A DNA stretch of 54,490 nucleotides from an uncultured Candidatus Bathyarchaeia archaeon (GTDB lineage Archaea; Thermoproteota; Bathyarchaeia; 40CM-2-53-6), in assembly GCA_964394935.1 (NCBI GenBank), contig CAYMZN010000004.1, positions 1-54,490 on the forward strand. Direction: 5' to 3'. The notes beneath the pieces were generated by a model, which worked only from the letters and a program-made list of their open reading frames with translations, had not been told where the DNA came from and did not search any database. The position numbers and the translations under genes are program-made. Shown here piece by piece: positions 35,060 through 43,557 of this stretch (its first letter is position 1; each line of letters starts with the position of its first letter).

Positions 35060-36916
35060 ATGAGATGCGACTGGGCTCATAAGCGCCCGCTTCCCATGGG
35101 CTCTTTCATCTCGCTAGCGAGAATCCCTGCCGGTCTGAATAGTTTTCTTGAATGGCACGTGAAGGGTCACAAGTCTTTCATATCTGCCCGGGACGTGGGT
35201 CTGTTGCGCGGCGGATATGGCGTGAGAGACCGCGAGCGTTCAGACAATGAGCAGCCGCCTCGGGGCCCAACGACCGAGAACAGCCTCTTGAGGCGACTTG
35301 TTCTGCTTCTTGATTCCGCATCTGGGTCGCGCAGCGTAAGAATCGCCGCATACGGGCTCGGCATCCTATTCTTTCTCACAATCGTCTTTGTTCCTCCTGT
35401 CTTCGGAATTCTTCTCGGCTGGCCCAAGATCATTGAGATGTTATCATATCCTGACTTGCTGGTGAGAGGCGGCTCAGCCATCGTTGCTTCCTTTGCGATC
35501 GCCGTAACCGTTTCATTGATGGATCTCCTGGCCGGCTTACCCTTGGCGTGGTTCATCGTTAGAAGCAAGTCTGCCTGGGTTAGCACGATCGACACACTTG
35601 CTAACGTTCCCTTCATTGTTCCCACCGTTGCCTTGGGTTACTCCGTTCTGACCTTCTGGAGCGGCGATCGCGGTCTCGGTAGTCTGCTCGGCCCGGGGTT
35701 CGTGCTTTCGCCTGGGTGGCAGATGATTGTCTTGCTACACTTCGCATTCTCTTATCCGGTCATAGTTCGTGTCATGGTCGGGGCTCTTCAAGGCTATAAA
35801 GAAGTATACGAAGTAGCTGCGCGTACTCTTGGAGCGCCAGCGTTCACTGCTGTCAGAACAGTCTCGCTGGCTTTGCTGAAACCATCCATCGTTGCGGCAT
35901 TTCTACTGGCATTTGCCAGGTCTCTGTCGGAGACCGGAGCGACAGTCATGGTCGCCGGCGCTTTTGAGAACGGCCCAGTCTTCATTCGGAACGCGCGTGT
36001 GGCCGGACTGGAGAGTCCGCTAATCTTCGTGAGTTTCGTTCTAATAGTGGCGTCTAGCCTTTTCTTCATCGGAATCCGGATCTTCGCTCCGAGAATGGGC
36101 CTTCCGATCTCCACAGTCTGGCCAAAGCTTGAGAGGCAACTGAGTTCAGGGGGTTCCGTCGCATGCAGGAATCTTCTGACATTCCTCACATTCGTTCTCC
36201 TTGTAATTCTTCCATCGCTTTTCGTCCTGCTGCCCGGCACCGGGGCTCTCATGGACGGTACCTTGCAGTCTGCAGTTTCTGGAACCGGTATTTGGTCGGT
36301 CTATTGGCAGTCCGTTGGCCTATCCTATCTGATCGCTCTAATTGCAACTAGTTTGAATATCGCGACCGGCTTGCCTGTTTCAATTCTCATTGCACGAGCA
36401 CGCGGCGGAAAGCTGGTCGCAGGTGTCTTAGACACCTTGGTCAATATCCCAATCGTGGTTCCATCTATAGCACTTGGAGTCTCGATAGGTATTTTCTGGG
36501 GCGGGGTCACTTACATCCCGGAGTTTTGGCTGCTGATCTTTGCTCATGCAAGCATCACGTACACATACTTCGTCAGGTCAATGATCGCTGCTGTTGAAAG
36601 TATTCCCACAGAGGTTGAGGAGGTCGCGCGCACATTGGGTGGCAAGCCTCTTACGGTCTTTAGGAGGCTAACACTTCCATTGTCAAAGTACGCGTTGCTG
36701 GCAGGGGCGATAATGGCCTTCACGCGAAGTGTCGATGAGACGGGAGCCACTCTAGCGGTAGCAAAGAAACTCACAACGGCTCCAGTCCTGATGGTGGAGT
36801 GGGTGCGAGGCACAGTTCCCGCGTCCTCGAGTGCAATAGGACTAGGGTTAGCAATTCTGGTGTTAACCTCGTTCGCCTCACTACTAGTTCTCACAGTGGC
36901 TTCTCGAAAGATGTGA
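35060..36916 (+). CDS. ABC importer permease, fused double (2 x 6 TM) MetI-type domain (FbpB/ThiP/CysTW-like)
   Basis: It has two EAA-loop regions: YEVAARTLGAPAFTAVRTVSLALLKP and VEEVARTLGGKPLTVFRRLTLPLSKY. The first 90 or so residues of the ORF are non-membrane, so the true start is probably internal. Confidence 0.8.
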   Translation: MRCDWAHKRPLPMGSFISLARIPAGLNSFLEWHVKGHKSFISARDVGLLRGGYGVRDRERSDNEQPPRGPTTENSLLRRLVLLLDSASGSRSVRIAAYGLGILFFLTIVFVPPVFGILLGWPKIIEMLSYPDLLVRGGSAIVASFAIAVTVSLMDLLAGLPLAWFIVRSKSAWVSTIDTLANVPFIVPTVALGYSVLTFWSGDRGLGSLLGPGFVLSPGWQMIVLLHFAFSYPVIVRVMVGALQGYKEVYEVAARTLGAPAFTAVRTVSLALLKPSIVAAFLLAFARSLSETGATVMVAGAFENGPVFIRNARVAGLESPLIFVSFVLIVASSLFFIGIRIFAPRMGLPISTVWPKLERQLSSGGSVACRNLLTFLTFVLLVILPSLFVLLPGTGALMDGTLQSAVSGTGIWSVYWQSVGLSYLIALIATSLNIATGLPVSILIARARGGKLVAGVLDTLVNIPIVVPSIALGVSIGIFWGGVTYIPEFWLLIFAHASITYTYFVRSMIAAVESIPTEVEEVARTLGGKPLTVFRRLTLPLSKYALLAGAIMAFTRSVDETGATLAVAKKLTTAPVLMVEWVRGTVPASSSAIGLGLAILVLTSFASLLVLTVASRKM

Positions 36917-38037
36917 TCGCTTTGCCATCCATAAGGCTCGTCGGTGTTTCCAAGATTTTCGCAAGGGTCAGAGCTATAGACGGCGTGAACTTGGAGATCA
37001 GGGACGGGGAGTACGTCTGTGTTCTGGGGCCAACCGGGAGCGGTAAGACGACGCTGCTTCGACTCATCGCAGGACTGACGCCTCCCACAAGTGGAAGTAT
37101 CGAACTCAACGGGAAGCCGGTCACTCGTGTTCGACCTGAGGACAGAAATGCTGTCTACGTGCCGCAGCAGTATGCGCTCTTTCCTCACATGACCGTGAGG
37201 GACAACGTCGCCTTCGGCCCGCTGGCTCGCGGTTTCACCCCCGAGGAATCTTTGCGAAGAGCTGACGAAATGCTGAAGCTCGTTAGGCTGGCCCATAGGG
37301 CAAACTCGTTTCCGAACGAGCTCAGCGGGGGCATGCAGCAAAGGGTTGCAGTTGCGCGCGGCCTCGCTGGGCATTCTTCTCTGCTTCTCTTGGATGAGCC
37401 GCTCGGGGCCATCGACGCTCGACTGAGAGTCGTGCTCCGCTATGAGATCAGAAAACTGGCGAAAGAGCTCGCGGTCACAGTAATTCATGTCACTCATGAT
37501 CAGCAAGAAGCCATGTCGATTGCCGACAGAATAGCCGTACTGAGAGAAGGCAGCGTGGAGCAGTTTGGCCGCCCATCTGAAATCTATACTGCGCCGGAAT
37601 CACCATTCCTAGCCAATTTTGTTGGTGGTGCGAATTTCCTTGAAGGAGCTGTAGTGCAACAGAATCCTGACGCAACTGTGATCGAGGTGGCTGAAGGATT
37701 CTCGATAACGGCGCCGCGAAGCGGTCACCTTGTGGGCGATGCCGTTGTTGTGTCGTTCAGGCAAGAGAGAACTTCGATTCTCACCGGCGCAAGTCTCGAA
37801 GAGAACGTTGTTCCGGGAACTCTTGCTTCAACTAGTCTTCTCGGCGTCTTCCTGAGGTGTTCAATGGACTTTGGAAGGGCGGGGACGATAGTGGCGAAGG
37901 TGCCGCTATGTGAGGCTTTGGAACAGCGCCTACCGGATCTAGTCGGAGAAGTTGTCTATGCGAGAGCGAGTCGGGACGGGATAATCCTGTTCAAGAGGCC
38001 AAGACGACCGCTGGCGATCGAGTTGGAGGCGATCTAG
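36913..38037 (+). CDS. ABC transporter ATP-binding protein 1 (CysA/PotA/FbpC/MalK-type with C-terminal regulatory domain)
   Basis: The GTG start forms a GTGA overlap with the permease stop. Walker A is GPTGSGKTT, the signature is LSGGMQQRVAVARG and Walker B is LLLLDEP. About 130 aa of C-terminal TOBE-like extension follow. Confidence 0.88.
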   Translation: MIALPSIRLVGVSKIFARVRAIDGVNLEIRDGEYVCVLGPTGSGKTTLLRLIAGLTPPTSGSIELNGKPVTRVRPEDRNAVYVPQQYALFPHMTVRDNVAFGPLARGFTPEESLRRADEMLKLVRLAHRANSFPNELSGGMQQRVAVARGLAGHSSLLLLDEPLGAIDARLRVVLRYEIRKLAKELAVTVIHVTHDQQEAMSIADRIAVLREGSVEQFGRPSEIYTAPESPFLANFVGGANFLEGAVVQQNPDATVIEVAEGFSITAPRSGHLVGDAVVVSFRQERTSILTGASLEENVVPGTLASTSLLGVFLRCSMDFGRAGTIVAKVPLCEALEQRLPDLVGEVVYARASRDGIILFKRPRRPLAIELEAI

Positions 38038-38046
38038 CTGCCCAGC

Positions 38047-39141
38047 GTGAGAATCGTAGATGTCAGGAAAGCATTCGGAGACGTAGTCGCCTTGGACAAT
38101 GTCTCGCTGGAGATCAGGGATCGTGAATACGTTTCAATCATAGGACCGAGCGGATGTGGCAAGTCCACCCTTCTGAAGTGTTTGGCCGGCATAACTAGAC
38201 AAGATTCGGGACAGATATCCATCGGTGACAGAGAGGTAACCTCTCTGCCGCCCGAAGAGCGCCAAATCGGATACATGTTCCAGGAGATAGCTCTTTTTCC
38301 CCACATGTCAGCCTGGGAGAATGTAATGTACGGCCCTCGAGTTCGGGGAGAGGATAGAGAACAAGCACGTCAATTCGTCGGACAGATCATCGAGATGGCT
38401 AGGCTTAACATTTCAGCTGAAACCTATCCCGATGAACTGAGCGGAGGAGCGAAACAGAAAACTGCACTGGCTAGGGCGATCGCCTCAGAACCCCAACTCA
38501 TGCTCCTCGACGAACCATTGGGTGCGCTAGACGCTAATGTTCGAGCGGTGCTCCGATATGAATTGAGAAGGCTCGTCAAGGAGCTGGGACTAACCGCGAT
38601 TCACGTTACACATGACCAAGAGGAGGCTATGTCAATCTCAGATCGCCTTGTCATAATGAAGGCTGGCCGGATCGTGGAAGTTGGAACACCCTTGGAACTG
38701 TATCTTTCGCCGAAACAGCTCTTCACCGCCAACTTTCTAGGGGAGGCGAACTTCATTCCTGCAAGAGTGGAAGAGTGCGATTCAGGCCGTATTACCATAT
38801 CAGTCAACGGTTGGAAACTCGGCTTTGCAGGGTCAGGCTTCGCTAGGGGAGAGCGTCTGGTACTTGCAGTTCGGCCAGAATCAGTTCTCTTGACCCTAGC
38901 CGATCTTCACCGCGACCTAGAATGGACGGGAATTGTGAAAGAGCGTATACTACTCGGTGACAGTATACGAACGGAAATTGAGCTTGAAAACGGCATGCAG
39001 ATGATCTCGGAGATACCTAACGAGGGTGTTGAGCCTGCGAAACAGGTTGGGGAGCGTGTTAGAATCGATTTTGCTGTTGGAGGCCTAATACCTTATCAGT
39101 TCCCCGCCCAAGGTCTGGATGTCGAGCTAGCGCTGGAGTAG
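38047..39141 (+). CDS. ABC transporter ATP-binding protein 2 (same family, distinct paralog)
   Basis: Walker A is GPSGCGKST, the signature is LSGGAKQKTALARA and Walker B is LMLLDEP. It has a C-terminal TOBE-like extension. GTG start. Confidence 0.88.
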   Translation: MRIVDVRKAFGDVVALDNVSLEIRDREYVSIIGPSGCGKSTLLKCLAGITRQDSGQISIGDREVTSLPPEERQIGYMFQEIALFPHMSAWENVMYGPRVRGEDREQARQFVGQIIEMARLNISAETYPDELSGGAKQKTALARAIASEPQLMLLDEPLGALDANVRAVLRYELRRLVKELGLTAIHVTHDQEEAMSISDRLVIMKAGRIVEVGTPLELYLSPKQLFTANFLGEANFIPARVEECDSGRITISVNGWKLGFAGSGFARGERLVLAVRPESVLLTLADLHRDLEWTGIVKERILLGDSIRTEIELENGMQMISEIPNEGVEPAKQVGERVRIDFAVGGLIPYQFPAQGLDVELALE

Positions 39142-39162
39142 ATTGAGGCGAGGCCGCAGGAG

Positions 39163-39840
39163 ATGAGAGCTACCTTCGAAAGTTGGTTCGCCGCTAGAAC
39201 TAGAGCTCGAGCGATCGAGATGGTCAGACAGGCGACCCGCATGCTAGTCCCGTCGGTGGACGAGCTTATTGCATGTGTCAACAGCGCAACTGCTGGAAAC
39301 AGGGAGGAATTGGAGAGAGCCTTCACTAGACTACATCAGGTTGAGAGAGAAGGAGACAGCCTGCGAAGACTGATAATCCTCGAGTTTGCCAGAGGAAACC
39401 TTCCAATCGATGAAAGGCGCAGCTTCATGCGGCTCGAGAGGCAGATTGACTGGGTCGCGGATTGGTGCCTCGAGGCTGGCCGGCTCGTCAGGCTCTTCCC
39501 GATGAACAAGCTGGCAGAGGCCCTTCGAGCCAGTACTCTTGATACTTGCAAGGTAATACGGGACTGTGTTTTGGAGGTTCAGCGATGCATCGACCTATTG
39601 ACCGACAAGAAGGTAGAAGAAGCGCTCGATGCGGCGGACAAGGTAGAACGCCTAGAGGAAGAGGCAGACGACCTCTACCGAAAGGGCAGAGCACTGTTAA
39701 GCCAGATATCCGGGCCAGAATTCACCATTGGCCAAGTAGTTCTGTTGGCGGAATTCCTAGACGCGATTGAGAACGTCGCTGACAAGTGCGAGGATGTCTG
39801 TGACCAAGCCAGAGTAATAGCCGTCAGCGTGGGCACTTAA
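39163..39840 (+). CDS. DUF47/TIGR00153 (PhoU-like) protein
   Basis: 225 aa and all-helical, with repeated E..aD motifs (HQVEREGDSLRRLII and VERLEEEADDLYRKGRALL). It is the last gene of the ABC importer operon. Confidence 0.7.
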   Translation: MRATFESWFAARTRARAIEMVRQATRMLVPSVDELIACVNSATAGNREELERAFTRLHQVEREGDSLRRLIILEFARGNLPIDERRSFMRLERQIDWVADWCLEAGRLVRLFPMNKLAEALRASTLDTCKVIRDCVLEVQRCIDLLTDKKVEEALDAADKVERLEEEADDLYRKGRALLSQISGPEFTIGQVVLLAEFLDAIENVADKCEDVCDQARVIAVSVGT

Positions 39841-39845
39841 TCGAT

Positions 39846-39925
39846 AGATACCGATTTTCCAGATACCTGAGGATTTTCCGAGATCGCTTGAAACGAGGGC
39901 TACTATTTACTTTCTGTGCTACTAT
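39846..39925 (+). repeat. two pairs of short direct repeats upstream of the ferredoxin gene
   Basis: AGATACC-GATTTTCC (39846-39860) and AGATACCTGAG-GATTTTCC (39861-39879). GCTACTAT occurs at 39899-39906 and again at 39918-39925. Confidence 0.3.
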
Positions 39926-40012
39926 CTAGACTCGCCGGTGAGATTTCGGTGGAAGCCATGAACTTATTACCTCGCACGAAAGTACGGGTTCAACTTTCAA
40001 TGGTGTCAGATC

Positions 40013-40213
40013 ATGGTGAAAGTCGCAGTCGATCTGAGCAAATGCAACGGCGACTCCATCTGTGTCGATGTATGCCCCGTTGCGGTGTTCGAACTTCAAG
40101 AAGTAAAGGGCTACGAAGGAAAGAAGTCCGTGGTCGTTAACAATGACGCGTGTATCATCTGCCGAGCCTGCGAGGTCCAGTGTCCCACCCAAGCCATAAC
40201 TGTGACCGAATGA
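40013..40213 (+). CDS. dicluster-type ferredoxin with an Asp in the first cluster motif
   Basis: 66 aa. Motif 1 is [12 protein letters not shown] (C-x2-D-x2-C-x3-CP) and motif 2 is [12 protein letters not shown]. Confidence 0.85.
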   Translation: MVKVAVDLSKCNGDSICVDVCPVAVFELQEVKGYEGKKSVVVNNDACIICRACEVQCPTQAITVTE

Positions 40214-40292
40214 ATCGTTGACACAGAAATCTTCTGGCGTCTCTAGGAATACGCGAACTCGACCTCGTCGTTTTTGCATGTTTGGGCTTTGA

Positions 40293-40685
40293 CTAAGTCA
40301 TAGTCATTTCTCGTCTGTTTCTTGCGAGGTCATGCTTTTGGCCGTGAGTAAGCGCTTTTATCTGACGCTCTCTTCTCATCGCCGTGCGGTGACTGCCGAA
40401 CTTCTCTACGTAGACAACCCTCTTCGGTCTATGCATTCTGGTATACCGTGCTCCGTCTCCTCTCTCGTGTTGCGCAAGCCTAGAGACCAGATTGCTCGTG
40501 TATCCAGTGTAGTAGCTTCCATTGTCACAGAGAAGCAAATAGACATAGTATAACCTATGTTTTCTTCCTTCCCGTGGGTGTCTCACGTGCTTTCCCCATT
40601 GCGCATTTTGATCCTTGAAATTTGGTCCAGCCGCCGAGAGCCGAACCTGTAGTTGAGTCGCGTTTTCCAGTTCCTTCTGTCGCAT
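40293..40685 (-). CDS. GIY-YIG nuclease superfamily protein (UPF0213/YhbQ-like)
   Basis: LYYVYLLLCDNGSYYTGYTSNLVSRLAQHERG ... RRERQIK is the classic GIY-YIG core. The N-terminal 50 or so residues of the ORF may not be translated. Confidence 0.75.
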   Translation of the reverse strand: MRQKELENATQLQVRLSAAGPNFKDQNAQWGKHVRHPREGRKHRLYYVYLLLCDNGSYYTGYTSNLVSRLAQHERGDGARYTRMHRPKRVVYVEKFGSHRTAMRRERQIKALTHGQKHDLARNRREMTMT

Positions 40686-40823
40686 TTAGAGATATTGTAC
40701 TCTGTTGTGCCTAGCGTTTGTCCAGCGTTCTTGTGGCAAAGGGTGACGAGGAGTTCGGAGTCGAGAACATGTTGGATCCTTGACAAAACACGATAATAGC
40801 ACATCTACTGAGCTGCTAGGAAG

Positions 40824-41957
40824 GTGCACTTTGGATTGGAGCCCAGACATCTAGCCTTCTGCCCGAGGTACCTCTTCGGCAGTCGAGCGGTGGACAGGCT
40901 AGTGCACTTTTGTCGAGAAATTGGCCTACAAGAAAAGAACGCGGTTCTCGTAGCGGACGCAACGACTTGGAAGGTCGCTGGTGAAAGGATTTCAGAATCT
41001 TTGACTGGATCCGGATTTCGGGTCGATGCGACTATCGTGGAGAAAGGCGCCGTACGGTCAGAAGTGGATAGAGCTCGCCAAAAGATCCGCCTCCTGAGAC
41101 CCTGCGTCGTATTTGGCATTGGAGGCGGAGTAAACATGGACATTGCAAAGGCTTCGGCATTTCTGGAGAAGGTGCGTTGGATTACTGTTCCAACGAGCTT
41201 TTCGACGGATGCCATGACCGGAATTAATGCAACATTTAGAGAAGAGAAGCGAGGCGTCGACGACAAGGCTCACGCGGGAGACTACGACATCCGCGTCGGG
41301 CCCCCACTGGCATGTATAGTCGACACAGACATAATAAGAGACGCCCCATGGAGATTTCAAGCAGCGGGATTCGCTGACTACATAGCCAAAGTCTGCGCCA
41401 CTGACGATTGGAATCTCGCCTACACGCAGGGAAAAGATCAGGTCTACAACGAATACGCGATAATGCTTGCAAGAGCCCAGGTGGAATACCTCATGAAGAA
41501 TGCTGTACGAATAAGGAAGAAGGACGAAAGAGCCTTTGACGCCTTCCTGCAGGCCGTGATGAACGACGGTTTTCTCACGGAGATGGCGGGGAGTTCAAGA
41601 ATATTGTTTGGTAGTGAACATGTGGTGGCGCAAGGATTGATGGAGGAGCAAGTGCGCGTGAACATTAGAGGCTTGCACGGCGAACAAGTAGGCTTGGGTA
41701 CAATTCTGATGGCGTACTTGCAAGGGCAAGATTGGGTGGCGGTGAAGAAGACCTTGGAGGAGATTGGAGCGCCCTTAACAGCCGAGCAAATCGGGCTTGA
41801 CGATGAGGCCGTGATCAGGGCGCTAACGAGAGCCAGAGCAATAAACGAGTCCTGGCTGCGTGATCGCCCAGATATTCATACGATCCTGATGGAAAAGCCC
41901 TTGACTCGCGAATTTGCGAAACAGATTCTAAAGGAAACAGGTGTCATAAAGTCATAG
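40824..41957 (+). CDS. glycerol-1-phosphate dehydrogenase-like protein (iron-ADH / dehydroquinate synthase-like superfamily)
   Basis: 377 aa with FGIGGGVNMDIAKA, VPTSFSTDAMTG, IVDTDIIRDAPWRFQAAGFADYIAK..DDWNLA and LHGEQVGLGTILMAYLQG. This pattern resembles archaeal G1PDH (EgsA). GTG start. Confidence 0.65.
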   Translation: MHFGLEPRHLAFCPRYLFGSRAVDRLVHFCREIGLQEKNAVLVADATTWKVAGERISESLTGSGFRVDATIVEKGAVRSEVDRARQKIRLLRPCVVFGIGGGVNMDIAKASAFLEKVRWITVPTSFSTDAMTGINATFREEKRGVDDKAHAGDYDIRVGPPLACIVDTDIIRDAPWRFQAAGFADYIAKVCATDDWNLAYTQGKDQVYNEYAIMLARAQVEYLMKNAVRIRKKDERAFDAFLQAVMNDGFLTEMAGSSRILFGSEHVVAQGLMEEQVRVNIRGLHGEQVGLGTILMAYLQGQDWVAVKKTLEEIGAPLTAEQIGLDDEAVIRALTRARAINESWLRDRPDIHTILMEKPLTREFAKQILKETGVIKS

Positions 41958-42118
41958 CGGCATCTCCTCTTTGTGGCGCACAGTTGCGCCGGAGTGGTGG
42001 TCTGCTCAGCGTAACGCCGAAGAACAAGAAATTGGGCTTCATCGCAAATCCGATTGCCACAAGGCAATGCTCAAGGACTGTTTGAGGACAAACCCTACCG
42101 AGGTACGTCGCCGTGGGG

Positions 42119-42125
42119 TTTTATA
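42119..42125 (+). promoter_or_regulatory. TATA-box-like element (TTTTATA) upstream of gcvPA
   Basis: It lies 41 nt upstream of the GTG at 42166. That spacing fits a TSS about 15-20 nt before the start codon. Confidence 0.3.
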
Positions 42126-42165
42126 GCCCGGTTTATCGTTCCCCATAAGTGACCTACCAAAGGCC

Positions 42166-43557
42166 GTGGAACTTGTGCCGGTTCATCCGTATATGCCGAA
42201 CAGTGACCCCGAAGCAAAAAGAGAGATGCTCAACGAAATAGGCGTGCAGAGTGTCCAAGAGCTCTTTGCAGATATCCCCAAAAGAACAAGGCTCAAGAAA
42301 AGGCTACAGTTGCCATATTCCAAGTCGGAATATCAGGTAAGAAGAGAAATTGAAGACATTTTATCAGGAAACAAGACTTCTGGTGAACTAATCACTTTCT
42401 TGGGAGCAGGTTGCTGGCCGCATTACGTGCCAGCGGTCTGTGACGAGATCAATTCGCGGTCGGAGTTTCTGACAGCGTACGCCGGTGATCTATATTCTGA
42501 TCTCGGAAGGTATCAAGCGCTCTTCGAGTTCCAGAGCATGATAGGCGACCTTCTTGCGATGGACGTTGTAAGTTTTCCTTGGTACGGCTGGGGAAGTGTT
42601 TCTGGCGACAGCGCCCGAATGGCTGTAATGATTACCGATCGCCACGAAATCCTAGTGCCTAGGACGCTCAGTCCTGATAGACTTTCCGTTATGCGAGGAC
42701 AGTGTGAAGGCTTGGCGGATATCAAGCTAGTCAAGAACGATCCAGAGAGCGGAGAAGTTAGCCTTGAAGATTTGAAGGGCAAGATTTCATCAAAGACCGC
42801 GGCGGTTTACATTGAAAACCCGACGTACCTAGGATTCGTCGAGTCACAAGGCGACGAAATCTCTGAGATAGCCCACGACCACGGAGCATTGCTCGCAGTT
42901 GGGGTCGAGCCTCTATCGCTAGGAGTCTTAAATCCTCCGGGCGAATACGGCGCGGACATAGTGTGCGGTGAAGGTCAGCCTCTTGGGATGCGCATGAATT
43001 TCGGAGGCGGGCTCTTAGGATTTCTTGCATGCAGGGATGTCGAGCGGTTTGTGTCAGCGGTGCCTCACAGGTTGATAACAATAACCACGACCGAGCGAAG
43101 GGGAGAATGGGGATTCACATATGTCCTACCTGAAAGAACCATGTTTGCCGCAAGGGACAAGGCGAGATCGTTCACGGGTACTGCTACAGCTCTTTGGGCC
43201 ATAACCGCCGCCGTCTACTTGTCGCTCTTGGGCCCCAGCGGTGTGCGAGAGCTTGCAGAGGTGATCATGCAGAAGTCGCATTACGCGATGAAGCGGATGT
43301 CCGAAATAAGGGGAATCAAAGTTCCTGTATTCAAATCTTGTCACTTTGAAGAGTTTACCGCAAACTTCGACGGGACGGGGAAGACCGTATCCCAGTTAAA
43401 CGAGGTTCTTCTGGATTCTGCGGTCATCGGAGGAAAGGACATCACGAAAGAGTTCCCTGAGCTCGGCGAGACAGCACTCTACTGCGTGACTGAGATACAT
43501 ACTAGGGCGGATATCGACAAGCTTGCTGCCACACTTGAGGAGGCCGTCCGATGCTAG
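42166..43557 (+). CDS. gcvPA: glycine dehydrogenase (aminomethyl-transferring) subunit 1
   Basis: 463 aa with the N-terminus HPYMPNSDPEAKREMLNEIGVQSVQELFADIP. It is followed by overlapping gcvPB. Confidence 0.9.
   Translation: MELVPVHPYMPNSDPEAKREMLNEIGVQSVQELFADIPKRTRLKKRLQLPYSKSEYQVRREIEDILSGNKTSGELITFLGAGCWPHYVPAVCDEINSRSEFLTAYAGDLYSDLGRYQALFEFQSMIGDLLAMDVVSFPWYGWGSVSGDSARMAVMITDRHEILVPRTLSPDRLSVMRGQCEGLADIKLVKNDPESGEVSLEDLKGKISSKTAAVYIENPTYLGFVESQGDEISEIAHDHGALLAVGVEPLSLGVLNPPGEYGADIVCGEGQPLGMRMNFGGGLLGFLACRDVERFVSAVPHRLITITTTERRGEWGFTYVLPERTMFAARDKARSFTGTATALWAITAAVYLSLLGPSGVRELAEVIMQKSHYAMKRMSEIRGIKVPVFKSCHFEEFTANFDGTGKTVSQLNEVLLDSAVIGGKDITKEFPELGETALYCVTEIHTRADIDKLAATLEEAVRC

Noticed and set aside
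36799-36912. N-terminal extension of ABC ATPase 1 (and likewise 47002-47064 for the exporter ATPase)
   Set aside because: The extensions overlap the preceding gene. The conserved ABC N-terminal beta-strand (IRLVGVSKIF / ITTHNLTKRF) begins right after start codons that are coupled to the upstream stop.
36544-37506. 320-aa minus-strand ORF
   Set aside because: It is antisense to the end of the ABC permease and the start of ATPase 1, which has Walker A/B and signature motifs. Its own composition is not protein-like.
40805-41266. 153-aa ORF antisense to the G1PDH-like gene
   Set aside because: It is a shadow ORF. The plus-strand frame carries the GGG..D..K, DWNLA and LHGEQVGLG motifs.
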